Part shown: one piece after another, positions 14,873 through 23,660 of the stretch
Position numbering within the stretch: the stretch's first letter is position 1
Layout of the letters: every line of letters begins with the position of its first letter
NCBI GenBank assembly: GCA_048885185.1
Contig: JBHLQC010000004.1
Span: forward strand, 1-32,000
Length of the DNA stretch: 32,000 nucleotides
Direction: 5' to 3'
DNA from: Candidatus Odinarchaeota archaeon
Lineage (GTDB): Archaea; Asgardarchaeota; Hermodarchaeia; Hermodarchaeales; Hermodarchaeaceae
Position numbers and translations under genes: made by a program
The notes under the pieces: model-generated
The model's input: the letters and a program-made list of their open reading frames with translations, nothing else
What the model was told of the DNA's origin: nothing
The model's database searches: none

Positions 14873-14981
14873 GGGCCGATGGTCTAGCTATCTGTTTGGA
14901 AATTCTTCAGACAGACTAGAAGGCTATGATACCGCGCTTACACCGCGGTGGTCGGGGGTTCGAGTCCCTCTCGGCCCACCA
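14873..14981 (+). tRNA. tRNA-Val (anticodon UAC) with a 32-nt BHB intron in the D loop; exons 14873..14889 and 14922..14981
   Basis: Acceptor GGGCCGA/TCGGCCC, anticodon arm CCGCG-CTTACAC-CGCGG, T arm GGGGG-TTCGAGT-CCCTC, A73, CCA. Removing 14890-14921 gives the D arm GTCT-AGCTGGCTA-TGAT and a 77-nt mature tRNA. Confidence 0.88.
14890..14921 (+). other. BHB intron of tRNA-Val (between nt 17 and 18)
   Basis: Central helix CTAG 14884-14887 / CTAG 14916-14919, bulges CTA 14888-14890 and AAG 14920-14922, inner helix TCTGT 14891-14895 / ACAGA 14911-14915, and an outer helix of 3 bp (14881-14883/14923-14925). Confidence 0.75.
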
Positions 14982-15056
14982 TAGAACTTTTTTCTATGAT
15001 AACCATTCAAAAGGTTGCTCGTATTGTCCACAAACCGCCTCGTGGAGTAGAGTAGC

Positions 15057-15461
15057 TTGAAAATATGGTTTTCCCGTTTAATCTTAATTTCAGGACTTTA
15101 TGATCTCATCATGGCAATTGTGTTTATCTTCGCTACGCCGTTAGTATCAGTATTAGTGAGTTATTCATTAACACCTCTTGAGGGGGCACTTTTACAGATT
15201 ATTGGAGCCTTTTTTCTCGGATTTGGAATTGCCCTCGTTGCTGCTTCACGCAACCTGGACCAGCTGCTCATAATTCCAGTTTCAAATATTCCAGCGCGTC
15301 TTATTGCATCGATAATCGTAGTTTATTATGTCTTGGTCTGGGATATTCCATTTTCTCTTATCTGGTTTGGAATAATTGATGCGATGTTAGCAATTTTGTT
15401 CGCTAGCTTTATCCTTGTTTCAAAAGACTACAGTTTCAGTAGGGCTTTTCAAAGGAGTTAA
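15057..15461 (+). CDS. Hypothetical integral membrane protein (about 4 TM)
   Basis: 134-aa hydrophobic ORF with a TTG start. No family recognised. Confidence 0.45.
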   Translation: MKIWFSRLILISGLYDLIMAIVFIFATPLVSVLVSYSLTPLEGALLQIIGAFFLGFGIALVAASRNLDQLLIIPVSNIPARLIASIIVVYYVLVWDIPFSLIWFGIIDAMLAILFASFILVSKDYSFSRAFQRS

Positions 15462-15505
15462 CATAAACTTATTAAAGCGCGTCATTTTACTTGAAATCAA
15501 TCCGT

Positions 15506-15591
15506 GCCGGGGTATCCTAGCCTGGTAGGGAGCAGGCCTGCTAAGTCTGTGTCCATTGGACTCACGAGTTCAAATCTCGTCCCCGGCGCCA
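15506..15591 (+). tRNA. tRNA-Ser (anticodon GCU), long variable arm, CCA encoded
   Basis: Acceptor GCCGGGG/CCCCGGC, D arm TCCT-AGCCTGGTA-GGGA, anticodon arm CAGGC-CTGCTAA-GTCTG, variable arm TGTCCATTGGACTC, T arm ACGAG-TTCAAAT-CTCGT. Confidence 0.92.
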
Positions 15592-15625
15592 TATCAATCA
15601 GCACCAAGCATTAATTCAACGGTGA

Positions 15626-16129
15626 TTGCTTATGCCCTTTACGCCGTTCCATCTTGGTCCTAGTCTGCTTATTGGTTTGATTTTCTTTCCTCTGCTGTAT
15701 CTGCCTGCAATCTTGTTTGGAAGTGTAATTGTGGACTTAGAACCGCTATCGTTCTATCTTCTTGGGTTACCTGTACTCCACTTATTCTTTCACACATTCT
15801 TAGGAGCCACAATCTCTGCACTAATTCTTGCGTTTTTTGTTTATCTATTGCGAGGGGTTTTAGGAGCAATTATGACGGCGTTCCAGCTTCCGCAAATAGC
15901 CTCTCCGCTGAATATCACGTTTGCGGCTCTTTTGGGAGCGTACTCGCATATATTGTTGGATGCCTTCTTGTATCCGGAAATGCAGCCGTTTTGGCCTTTA
16001 TTGGGAAATCCCTTTCTCGGGCTTGTAGCATCTTCTACTGTGTATCTCTTTTGTATTCTCTGCTTCGTTGTGGCTATTCCAGTTTACATTTTCCAGATTT
16101 GGCGTATAAAAAAGCAGGCGAAGAAATGA
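15626..16129 (+). CDS. Hypothetical membrane protein (possibly DUF4184-like)
   Basis: 167 aa with several TM segments. The N-terminal MPFTPFHLGP resembles the start of DUF4184-type membrane proteins, from memory only. The start may be ATG 15632. Confidence 0.5.
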   Translation: MLMPFTPFHLGPSLLIGLIFFPLLYLPAILFGSVIVDLEPLSFYLLGLPVLHLFFHTFLGATISALILAFFVYLLRGVLGAIMTAFQLPQIASPLNITFAALLGAYSHILLDAFLYPEMQPFWPLLGNPFLGLVASSTVYLFCILCFVVAIPVYIFQIWRIKKQAKK

Positions 16130-16139
16130 TTAAATACCG

Positions 16140-16510
16140 CGAGGTTGTGGAGCTGGTTGGACGGTGAGCCTAGGCGGGGGGCTAGAAGCCCCGCAGCGCC
16201 GCTTCGGGCTGGCTAAGGCTCCCCTGTACCGCAGATGCTCTATACGGCGGGCTGAATGCCGACGTTAGGCTTTCTGACCTGGTGTACGACTCGCTGTTCG
16301 TGGCTGTGACGATCCGCCTCGGAGGATCGCTGGTGGTGGTAGGCTTTTCGTAGGAAGGGCTGAATCGCCTTTAGCAGGTGAACCCAGCGAGACCCGGGAG
16401 GGAGCAGCGTAAGCCTGTACTGTAGATGCTTCCGAGATCCGGGTCCGAGACCTGGCTGTGAGTACGGCACCAGAAAGGGTTGACGACCGTCGGGGCTCCC
16501 GTCCGCCCCT
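16140..16510 (+). ncRNA. Signal recognition particle (7S) RNA
   Basis: The helix-8 core CAGCGAGACCC-GGGA-GGGAGCAGCGTAAGCC parallels the bacterial 4.5S CAGGUCC-GGAA-GGAAGCAGCC motif. Terminal pairings GGAGC 16149-16153/GCTCC 16495-16499 and GACGGT/ACCGTC are present, the region is very G+C-rich, and a TATA-like TTAAATA lies at 16130-16136. Ends are uncertain by about 15 nt. Confidence 0.85.
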
Positions 16511-16512
16511 TC

Positions 16513-17454
16513 TCATTTTATGCCATTCAGCTTGCTTAGAGATTCACGATGAATACAGACTGCACAAATTGCCTGAGATGTCAATTCGCCGCATCGTTGG
16601 CACTTTTGGAATGGCATTTCTGTTTCATTCTGAAGTATATTAATAATTTTCATGAAGCTTGCATGGAGGTTAAACTTTGATCCTGGGTGTTGATTTTCAA
16701 AGGTATTCAGCCATTCCCGAATTTCATTACGAAGAGAGGTTTCTTTGTATGGACACGGAGGATGATGAACGGGAAGACCGAGAAGTTGCGAATACAGTAG
16801 GAGATCCTTCTCAATTATGTGGTAAAGAGGTTTAACGCGAGGGACTAACCATCCGGGCATGCCTTTAAGGAAAGGTGTGATGCGAGATAATCTTTTCACA
16901 TCCCCCCTGATGAGGTTCATGAGCATGGATTGAACTTCGTCATCCAAGTTATGGCCTAAAGCAAGCTTGTTAGCGTTAATTTTTCGAGCAAGGATATTGA
17001 GTCCTTGTCTTCGAAGAGTTCCACAAAAAGCACAAGGTGAAAGGGGGGAATCCGTTTTTTGTGCCCTGTCAGCAATTTCGTCTAATGTTAAAGAAAATAG
17101 CTCTTGGTAGGTGGAGGTAATATGCTCAACTTTGAGCTGATTCGTCACATTAGCTAATACTTCTCGGCGTTCATTATCTTGTTTACTTCCCTCTTGCAAA
17201 GTTATAGCGACAACTTCAGATTCAGGAAAGCGTTGTTGAATCTCGACGAGGAGCGAAAGGAGAACTGTACTGTCTTTACCTCCTGAATATGCAACCGCAA
17301 TTCGATCCGTTCGTTGAAGCATCTTGTATTTTGAAATGGCGGTTCGTACCGCGTTCATAATGGACTCGCGGAAACAGGCTTCACAGAGCACTTCACCAGA
17401 ATAAGGTCGGGAAATTACAGATGGCTTTCCACACAAGCATCGTTCAACGGTCAT
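16513..17454 (-). CDS. ncsA: tRNA 2-thiolation PP-loop ATPase (NcsA/TtuA, Ncs6/Ctu1 family)
   Basis: PP-loop AYSGGKDS, N- and C-terminal CxxC zinc fingers (CGKP...CEAC; CQRCG...CAVC), central CAFCGTLRR and GHNLDDEVQS. Confidence 0.85.
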   Translation of the reverse strand: MTVERCLCGKPSVISRPYSGEVLCEACFRESIMNAVRTAISKYKMLQRTDRIAVAYSGGKDSTVLLSLLVEIQQRFPESEVVAITLQEGSKQDNERREVLANVTNQLKVEHITSTYQELFSLTLDEIADRAQKTDSPLSPCAFCGTLRRQGLNILARKINANKLALGHNLDDEVQSMLMNLIRGDVKRLSRITPFLKGMPGWLVPRVKPLYHIIEKDLLLYSQLLGLPVHHPPCPYKETSLRNEIREWLNTFENQHPGSKFNLHASFMKIINILQNETEMPFQKCQRCGELTSQAICAVCIHRESLSKLNGIK

Positions 17455-17501
17455 TTGAGTCCATAAATGGAGAGGACTTTGACCAATAAATTTCCATTCA
17501 T

Positions 17502-18692
17502 TTACCTAAAGAACATAGCTAACAGACCGGGATTGAAAATGGTAAAGATGACATTAATGATAAGAATTGAGAGCGCAGTAATCCGAAGACCCCAAAGTAG
17601 CGCTTTTGCACTCCTTCGTTCCAGGGAAATGGTTCGATCAATAAGTTCCTTCCAAATCCTATCTCCGTCTAGTGGTGGGATGGGTAGCAGATTGATTAGT
17701 CCGAGACTCAATGTAATCGTAAAGAACCAGAAGAGACCTTCTTGTAATTGGAGCTCTTGAAGGGATCCTAGAAGACTAAAGGGGAAGATGAGAGGGTGAT
17801 ACGTTGATAAGAATATTCCAATATAGGCCACAGAGGCATTATACGGATTGGCTCCAACGTTAAAGGATATATTAACTCCTGGTTCCACGGTGAATATGAG
17901 AAAGTCACCGGGTTGAGTATTTTCCATGAAGAGTTGGAGATCTTGAGATGTATGTATTGTTGTTCCATTCATACCAGTTATTATCATACCTGGTTCAAGA
18001 TTTCCTTCCGCTGACTGTTCAGGTACAATACCTTGGATGAGAACACCACTTGGTATAGGAACCACGATGAGTTGGAAGAAGACTAGAACAGCTAGGGCTA
18101 AGGTGAGATTTGCTCCAGAGCCAGCCGCATAAAGGCGTGCTCGTTGACTTCGTGTTGCCTTGGTTTTGACGTATTCCTCATCAGGTTCGACGAAGGCGCC
18201 GAAAAAGATTAAGAAGGCGAAAATTCCAGAACTTTTCACGGGAATATCATCAGCCCGTGCAGCAATTCCGTGCGCGAGTTCATGCACAATGACAGCAATG
18301 ATGAGGGGAATGAGAATCATCAAGAAGAAAGTGTAAGACATGGTGATACCTGGAAGGAGTGGTGCAATTGCACCAGGGCTCCCAGTCTGACCAGTCATCT
18401 CTTTGATGAATTCCCAGATATTACTTCCTAGAGCGTAGATAGCATAAAGCGAGAAGAAAAAGCCAACTCCAATGAAGCCTGACCAGATGTATCGCCAAGC
18501 GCGAGGATGCCAACGACCTATGCGATTCAAGAAATTATTGAATTTTTCAGTTCGGGCGAAGAGCATGAAGGGACCAACATCAATTCCGTATTTTTCTAGA
18601 TTGAAGTATGAGGCTAAAGCGATGATTATCATCCAGACTAAAAGTATCAGGAGCCAGGGTAGAAGGGGGAGAATAAATTCGAATTGAAGCAT
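17502..18692 (-). CDS. Site-2 protease family (M50) membrane metalloprotease with PDZ domain
   Basis: HELAHG (HExxH) and NLLPIPPLDGDRI (NxxPxxxLDG), with a PDZ-like insert (IQGIVPEQSAEGNLEPGMIITGMNG). I prefer the start at ATG 18692 (MLQFEF), with a TATA-like TTTATAT upstream. The longer ORF-track extension to 18866 overlaps cutA. Confidence 0.85.
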   Translation of the reverse strand: MLQFEFILPLLPWLLILLVWMIIIALASYFNLEKYGIDVGPFMLFARTEKFNNFLNRIGRWHPRAWRYIWSGFIGVGFFFSLYAIYALGSNIWEFIKEMTGQTGSPGAIAPLLPGITMSYTFFLMILIPLIIAVIVHELAHGIAARADDIPVKSSGIFAFLIFFGAFVEPDEEYVKTKATRSQRARLYAAGSGANLTLALAVLVFFQLIVVPIPSGVLIQGIVPEQSAEGNLEPGMIITGMNGTTIHTSQDLQLFMENTQPGDFLIFTVEPGVNISFNVGANPYNASVAYIGIFLSTYHPLIFPFSLLGSLQELQLQEGLFWFFTITLSLGLINLLPIPPLDGDRIWKELIDRTISLERRSAKALLWGLRITALSILIINVIFTIFNPGLLAMFFR

Positions 18693-18809
18693 TAGTGCTA
18701 TCGCCTCAGGAGTCTTCACAATTTTTTTATCGATATAAATGTGTGCTGCACCGATGAGGGAGAAGCTTTTAAGAGATGCGGTTGGGGCTCGTTTGGTGAG
18801 TGTTAACCT

Positions 18810-19133
18810 ATGACACCGAAATTTGTGGTCGTGTTTGTAACAGTGGGTGATTACACCGAAGCACAATCCATCGCCCGAAAGCTTGTAGAAGATTCATTGG
18901 CTGCTTGTGTTGGAATGGTTCGCCAGAGTTCAATCTATTGTTGGAAGGACGAAATTGTTGAGGATAATGAAATCTTGTTAATCATCAAAACAAGACAAGA
19001 TCATTTTCACAAACTTCGTGACGCAGTATTGAGTGTGCATAGCTATGATGTACCTGAAATTATCAGCCTTGAAATTCAAGAGGGACACGAAGCTTACCTC
19101 AACTGGATTACAGAGAATGTTGGAGTGAAGTGA
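18810..19133 (+). CDS. cutA: CutA1 divalent-cation tolerance protein
   Basis: 107 aa. The string VFVTVGDYTEAQSIARKLVEDSLAACV...SIYCWKDEI...LLIIKT...SYDVPEII fits the CutA fold. Confidence 0.85.
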   Translation: MTPKFVVVFVTVGDYTEAQSIARKLVEDSLAACVGMVRQSSIYCWKDEIVEDNEILLIIKTRQDHFHKLRDAVLSVHSYDVPEIISLEIQEGHEAYLNWITENVGVK

Positions 19134-19159
19134 TAAGCCCTGACTAGGTTCGATTAGCA

Positions 19160-19873
19160 ATGCCTCGAGAAAAAACGGTTCGTCGCGATACAGGAAGTCA
19201 AGAAGTAATCTATGAAGAACATCATTGGTTACTACTTTCTCAGTTACGTCAGAGAGCAATTGTTGTTATGGCGGTTCTAGAACAAACAGGAATTGAGCCA
19301 CTAATTCATGGAAGTATTTGTCGTGGTGATGTATCAGAACACAGTGATGTTGATGTATACATTCCTCAGGTCGTACCCTCCTTTTCTGTCGAATTTGCTT
19401 TAACTCAGGCAGGTTATCAAATCATCCATCGTGAGTTAGTGCATGCAACTCCCTTCCACGCCATCAAGGCACACATCTTCTTACCGAATAATTCCGTTGT
19501 AACATTTCCATTAACTAATCCTGCGCCCATTGAACTCGAATTTTATCAATTTGGAGGATGCTTAACAAAAGACTATCTTGAGAAAGGGCAGCGTGTACCA
19601 GGTGTTGATAAACGCCTTATTCTAATTGAACCGATAGATGCAGGTCATATTGAAACAGCGGTTGTGGGTAATGAGACCGTTGTAGCGAAAAAAGTCGGCG
19701 TCAATCAAAAAATTGTCGAGGAGCGAGTAAAAATATTAATGCGCCGTGACGAGGTCGGTCGAACAGGTGTGTATCTGAAACGCCCACTATCGCCCAATGA
19801 TACATTCGAATCTCTCCTTAAACACATTGGCGACCGAGATCCCGTTGTCCGCCGCAGGATACAAAAGGGGTAG
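19160..19873 (+). CDS. Predicted nucleotidyltransferase (Pol-beta superfamily) with an uncharacterised C-terminal domain
   Basis: HGSICRGDVSEHSDVDVYI matches the G[SG]...DxD minimal NTase motif. The remaining roughly 150 aa are not recognised. Confidence 0.6.
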   Translation: MPREKTVRRDTGSQEVIYEEHHWLLLSQLRQRAIVVMAVLEQTGIEPLIHGSICRGDVSEHSDVDVYIPQVVPSFSVEFALTQAGYQIIHRELVHATPFHAIKAHIFLPNNSVVTFPLTNPAPIELEFYQFGGCLTKDYLEKGQRVPGVDKRLILIEPIDAGHIETAVVGNETVVAKKVGVNQKIVEERVKILMRRDEVGRTGVYLKRPLSPNDTFESLLKHIGDRDPVVRRRIQKG

Positions 19874-19879
19874 TCAGAA

Positions 19880-20965
19880 ATGACCCGCGAAATTCAACTT
19901 TCACAGGGAAATTCTCCATTTGTGGGTCGTTTGGTGAAAGGCTGCCGCGAATGTATAAAAGGTGCAAAATTAGTTCTTTTCATTACCGGAAACTGTTCAA
20001 AAGCGTGTTTCTACTGCCCGATATCTGAGGAAAGACGAAATCTTGATGTTATATATGCCAACGAAGTTGCGGTAAATGATCTCAATCAGGCATTGGAAGA
20101 AGCTCGCTTAATTGATGCCACGGGGATGGGAATAACAGGAGGGGAACCCCTACTTGAACCGGAAAGAACCCATCAATTCATTAAAGCTTTCAAAAGGAAG
20201 TTTGGACCAGGTTTTCATATTCACCTTTACACGGGCATGGAGCCAGTTCCATTAGAAACAATTGAGCGCCTATTGGATGCTGGGCTTGATGAGATACGGC
20301 TTCATCGTTTTGATGTAGGACCTGACTATCCTGAATTACGCAAAAAAACAAAGGGTCGCGCTAAACTTGGAATCGAAATCCCAGCGATTCCAGGTATGTT
20401 GAAGCAACTAAAGAAGTTGTTACGCGCTTTTGAAGAAAGGGGCATAGACTTTGTCAATATTAACGAGTTAGAATTCACACCATTAAATGCTAAGATGTTA
20501 AAGCAACATGGATTAAACCTGGAATCGGATACAATTGCTTCAGTTCAGGGAAGTGAAAATGAAGCCCTAGAGCTGGTCGAATGGGCAGCTGCCGAAACTG
20601 AGTTGCATGTTCATTTTTGCCCACTTTCCTTAAAGGATGGAACTCAACTTCGAAACCGATTCCGACGGCGTGCTAAGAACGTGGCACAACCCTTTGAGCA
20701 AATTACCAAAGAAGGATTACTGAAAAAAGGAATTATCACTCTACCTGCCGGTACAACACTCACTGAAGTTCGGAATAGTCTTCAATCTGAGTATCAGATT
20801 CCTCAAGACAAGCTCTGGATTAATGAAAAACAAAAACGGATCGAAACGTCTACTAGTATTATCAAAAAACTAGCTAAACCACTGAAAGCAAGGGGCTTTC
20901 AAGTTGGAATCGTTGAAGAATATCCCATAGCGAGTCGATTCCAGGTTTCCTATACTCCACTCTAG
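19880..20965 (+). CDS. Radical SAM protein (pyruvate formate-lyase-activase-related, COG2108-like)
   Basis: CSKACFYCP is a CxxxCxxC cluster motif, followed by GITGGEPLL (SAM-binding GGE). Confidence 0.78.
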   Translation: MTREIQLSQGNSPFVGRLVKGCRECIKGAKLVLFITGNCSKACFYCPISEERRNLDVIYANEVAVNDLNQALEEARLIDATGMGITGGEPLLEPERTHQFIKAFKRKFGPGFHIHLYTGMEPVPLETIERLLDAGLDEIRLHRFDVGPDYPELRKKTKGRAKLGIEIPAIPGMLKQLKKLLRAFEERGIDFVNINELEFTPLNAKMLKQHGLNLESDTIASVQGSENEALELVEWAAAETELHVHFCPLSLKDGTQLRNRFRRRAKNVAQPFEQITKEGLLKKGIITLPAGTTLTEVRNSLQSEYQIPQDKLWINEKQKRIETSTSIIKKLAKPLKARGFQVGIVEEYPIASRFQVSYTPL

Positions 20966-22056
20966 CTCTCAGGCAACGCAAACCGCAGAAGGGCTGCTAT
21001 TCCTCCAAGACCCTCAAGCAGTTTCCCTGCTTGGTGTTCAGCACTGAATATTTCTACGGTTCCTGCTTGCTTTTCGACTTGTCGCATAATAGCTTCCATT
21101 TTACGCCGTTGTTCAGGTTCCGCTTCGCGAAACATTTTATCGAGAATGAGTAAAGTTTCAACAGCACCAAACTGAACTGCCCGGTTAATCTCTGTCCACC
21201 CATATGCCGTTTTCCCTGTATCTTTTCCTAAATGGCGCATTATATCATCCATAAGTTGGATTTCCCGGTTTAGCCGAATTTCACTAGCGATCCGTTCGAT
21301 TATCCCTCGATTAAGTGCTTCGTAAATTCCACTAACCGTACCTGTACTTACATGTTCTAAGAGGATGAGATTCTTACTTTTGGGAACCTTATTCTTCAGT
21401 ACCTCAGCAAGTTTTTCTTTCGTGGAACCGGGTCCAACGATTACAATACGAGTGACTTCTGGTAATCTTTCAAGTAGTTCATGAAGTTGGGTTGCAATCC
21501 CAGAAAACATTTGATCCATGGCGCCTGCTGTTTGAATATATTTTCCGTATTTGCCCCTTGCTCTTCCATGGATTTCAACACGGACGTCAATCCCCGAATC
21601 ATCAATGATGCCAATTACCGCTTGATCCTCTTCTACAGCAATAATTATCAGTCGTTGTCCCTTTCGAGAAACAGCGTCTTCTAGTCGGCGTAGAAGAGGG
21701 CGTGGCCAAGTTTCTTTGATAATTTCGACTTTCAGTCCTGGCTCGATGTTGATAGTGTGATAGGTTCCAAGAGAAACAAAATCTTCTGGGCCTTCCAGTA
21801 TTTTCCCCTTTACACGAAGACGATTTGAGTATTTGTGCAAAGCAACCTCTTCGACTTTTAATCGAATGAACATACGACGCCGTTCACCTTTATCAGGGCG
21901 GGAGGTATCGTCCATATCACGTCGTACGCGCCGAACTGTCCGTGCGGCCACTTGATCGTCCGGGAGGATGATATTGTATAGGTGCCATAAGTCATCCATA
22001 TCTTCAGGAACAACGACGACGAGACCGATTTTTAGTTTCTTAGTCACAATTTTCAC
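20962..22056 (-). CDS. pelA: Pelota (Dom34) ribosome-rescue factor
   Basis: KIVTKKLKIGLVVVVPEDMDDLWHLYNII is a typical Pelota N-terminus, and the eRF1-like domains follow. I prefer the start at GTG 22056 rather than the ORF-track 22098. Confidence 0.88.
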   Translation of the reverse strand: MKIVTKKLKIGLVVVVPEDMDDLWHLYNIILPDDQVAARTVRRVRRDMDDTSRPDKGERRRMFIRLKVEEVALHKYSNRLRVKGKILEGPEDFVSLGTYHTINIEPGLKVEIIKETWPRPLLRRLEDAVSRKGQRLIIIAVEEDQAVIGIIDDSGIDVRVEIHGRARGKYGKYIQTAGAMDQMFSGIATQLHELLERLPEVTRIVIVGPGSTKEKLAEVLKNKVPKSKNLILLEHVSTGTVSGIYEALNRGIIERIASEIRLNREIQLMDDIMRHLGKDTGKTAYGWTEINRAVQFGAVETLLILDKMFREAEPEQRRKMEAIMRQVEKQAGTVEIFSAEHQAGKLLEGLGGIAALLRFALPES

Positions 22057-22129
22057 GAACAGCCGCCTCAGCAATTGATTAGACCAACATCCACACAAAT
22101 ATTTCTATCCACTGTAAGGAAATAAGTCA

Positions 22130-22600
22130 ATGATTAGAATTAGATCCATACAGAAGCATGATTTCGAGCAACTAATCCAGATTGAGTTTGAATCTTTTAC
22201 AGATCCTTATCCAAAAGAGTTATTCCAATTTCTGGCGGGAACTCAACCGGATCAGTTCCTTGTGATCGTTGAGAAAAAAGAAGAAACTGAATCCATCATA
22301 GGTTATGCAGTGGCGGATATTGAAAGAAAGAAGCAATCGAAGGTTGGACATATTCTCTCTATCGCGATTGGTAAACAATATCGGAGAAGGCGTTTTGGTT
22401 CCAGATTACTTTCAAAACTCATTAATGTCTTGAAATCAAAGGGTTGCAACGGAGTAGTTCTTGAAGTTCGGGTTTCAAACGATGACGCACATTCGTTTTA
22501 TCAAAAAATGGGTTTTCGAGAAGTCAAGCGAAGTCGTAGGTTCTATGATGATGGTGAAGACGCATTGATAATGGCTCTAAACTTGGAGGAGGCGTCGTGA
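22130..22600 (+). CDS. rimI: GNAT N-acetyltransferase (RimI / archaeal Nat-like)
   Basis: ILSIAIGKQYRRRRFGSRLLSKLI is acetyl-CoA motif A (Q/RxxGxG/A-like). 156 aa. It overlaps the next gene by 4 nt. Confidence 0.8.
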   Translation: MIRIRSIQKHDFEQLIQIEFESFTDPYPKELFQFLAGTQPDQFLVIVEKKEETESIIGYAVADIERKKQSKVGHILSIAIGKQYRRRRFGSRLLSKLINVLKSKGCNGVVLEVRVSNDDAHSFYQKMGFREVKRSRRFYDDGEDALIMALNLEEAS

Positions 22601-23655
22601 AACAATCACAGGAACAACGGTGCCTGTTCATTTTATCTGGCGAACATGAAACACTTCCTCAAGCAGAATTATGTGCAATTTTAGAAGCAGAAGGATTCCC
22701 CTACGAAGTTGAGGGGCATCAAAATCAGGTTTTACTCCTTGAAGTTGATCCTAAAGGCGCCAAAATTGCCACAGAACGTTCTGGCTTGGTAAATCATGCA
22801 AGCGTTGTATTCTTTGAATCCCTCGCAGATGAGAGGCAAATATTGGAGAGGGTAAAGAACTGTGACTTTACTGGGTGGATTAAACCCAAAGGTCGGTTTG
22901 GTGTAAAAATAACCCGGGTTCAACGAGAACCTGCTGTGTTTGATGTAGACGAATTAGCGAGCAAAGTGGGTTCGCAAATCTGGCAGGCTCTGAAAGGACA
23001 AGTCGCGGTTGATTTAACGAATCCAGATGTGCTATTTTTAGGTGTGATAAATGGTAACCAATTCTTTTTCGGACCATATCTAGCGTCGCGTGATAGAGCT
23101 GGTGTTTATCAAAGACGTAGTCCACTCCGCCCATTCTTTGTCCCCAGTGCGATTCACCCCAAATTTGCACGAGTCATGGTCAATCTTAGTCGAGTTAAGA
23201 GGGGTGATCTTCTCCTTGACCCATTTTGTGGAACTGGAGGCCTTCTCTTAGAAGCGGCTGATATCGGTTGCGTTTCCCTCGGATTTGATATTGATGTCTC
23301 AATTCTCACTGGATGCCAACAAAATCTAAAACACTACAAGGTTCCGTTCAATGGAGCTCTCGCAGATGCACGTATAATCCCGTTATGCCCTGAAGGATTG
23401 AATGCCATCGCCACTGATCCACCCTACGGAAGATCGAGCTCCACAAAAGGTTCCGAGGTTGTCGAACTCATTCAAACAAGTCTAGAAGTCTTGGCAAATC
23501 ACCTGAAAAAGGGCGGTTATCTTTGTCTGGCCCTTCCAGAGAAATACTTTGGAAAAGAAATCATACCTACAGACAGTTTTTCTATTGTTGAAACGCATAC
23601 CATGCGGATTCACCGTAGTTTAAATCGTCTAATTGTGGTATTACAACGACAGTAG
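22597..23655 (+). CDS. trm11: THUMP-domain tRNA (guanine10-N2)-methyltransferase (aTrm11/TrmG10)
   Basis: N-terminal THUMP-like region, then LLDPFCGTGGLLLEAADIG (SAM motif I) and ATDPPYG (motif IV). Confidence 0.8.
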   Translation: MKQSQEQRCLFILSGEHETLPQAELCAILEAEGFPYEVEGHQNQVLLLEVDPKGAKIATERSGLVNHASVVFFESLADERQILERVKNCDFTGWIKPKGRFGVKITRVQREPAVFDVDELASKVGSQIWQALKGQVAVDLTNPDVLFLGVINGNQFFFGPYLASRDRAGVYQRRSPLRPFFVPSAIHPKFARVMVNLSRVKRGDLLLDPFCGTGGLLLEAADIGCVSLGFDIDVSILTGCQQNLKHYKVPFNGALADARIIPLCPEGLNAIATDPPYGRSSSTKGSEVVELIQTSLEVLANHLKKGGYLCLALPEKYFGKEIIPTDSFSIVETHTMRIHRSLNRLIVVLQRQ

Positions 23656-23660
23656 TATCG

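Noticed and set aside
16240-16643. ORFs 16240-16470(-), 16265-16516(-) and 16458-16643(+)
   Set aside because: All overlap the G+C-rich SRP RNA (or the 3' end of ncsA antisense). The Arg/Pro/Gly/Ser-rich products are typical of translated structured RNA.
20962-20965. CTAG shared by the convergent stop codons of the radical SAM gene and pelota
   Set aside because: It is a real 4-nt tail-to-tail overlap, but a trivial consequence of the palindromic TAG/CTA. No regulatory meaning can be supported.
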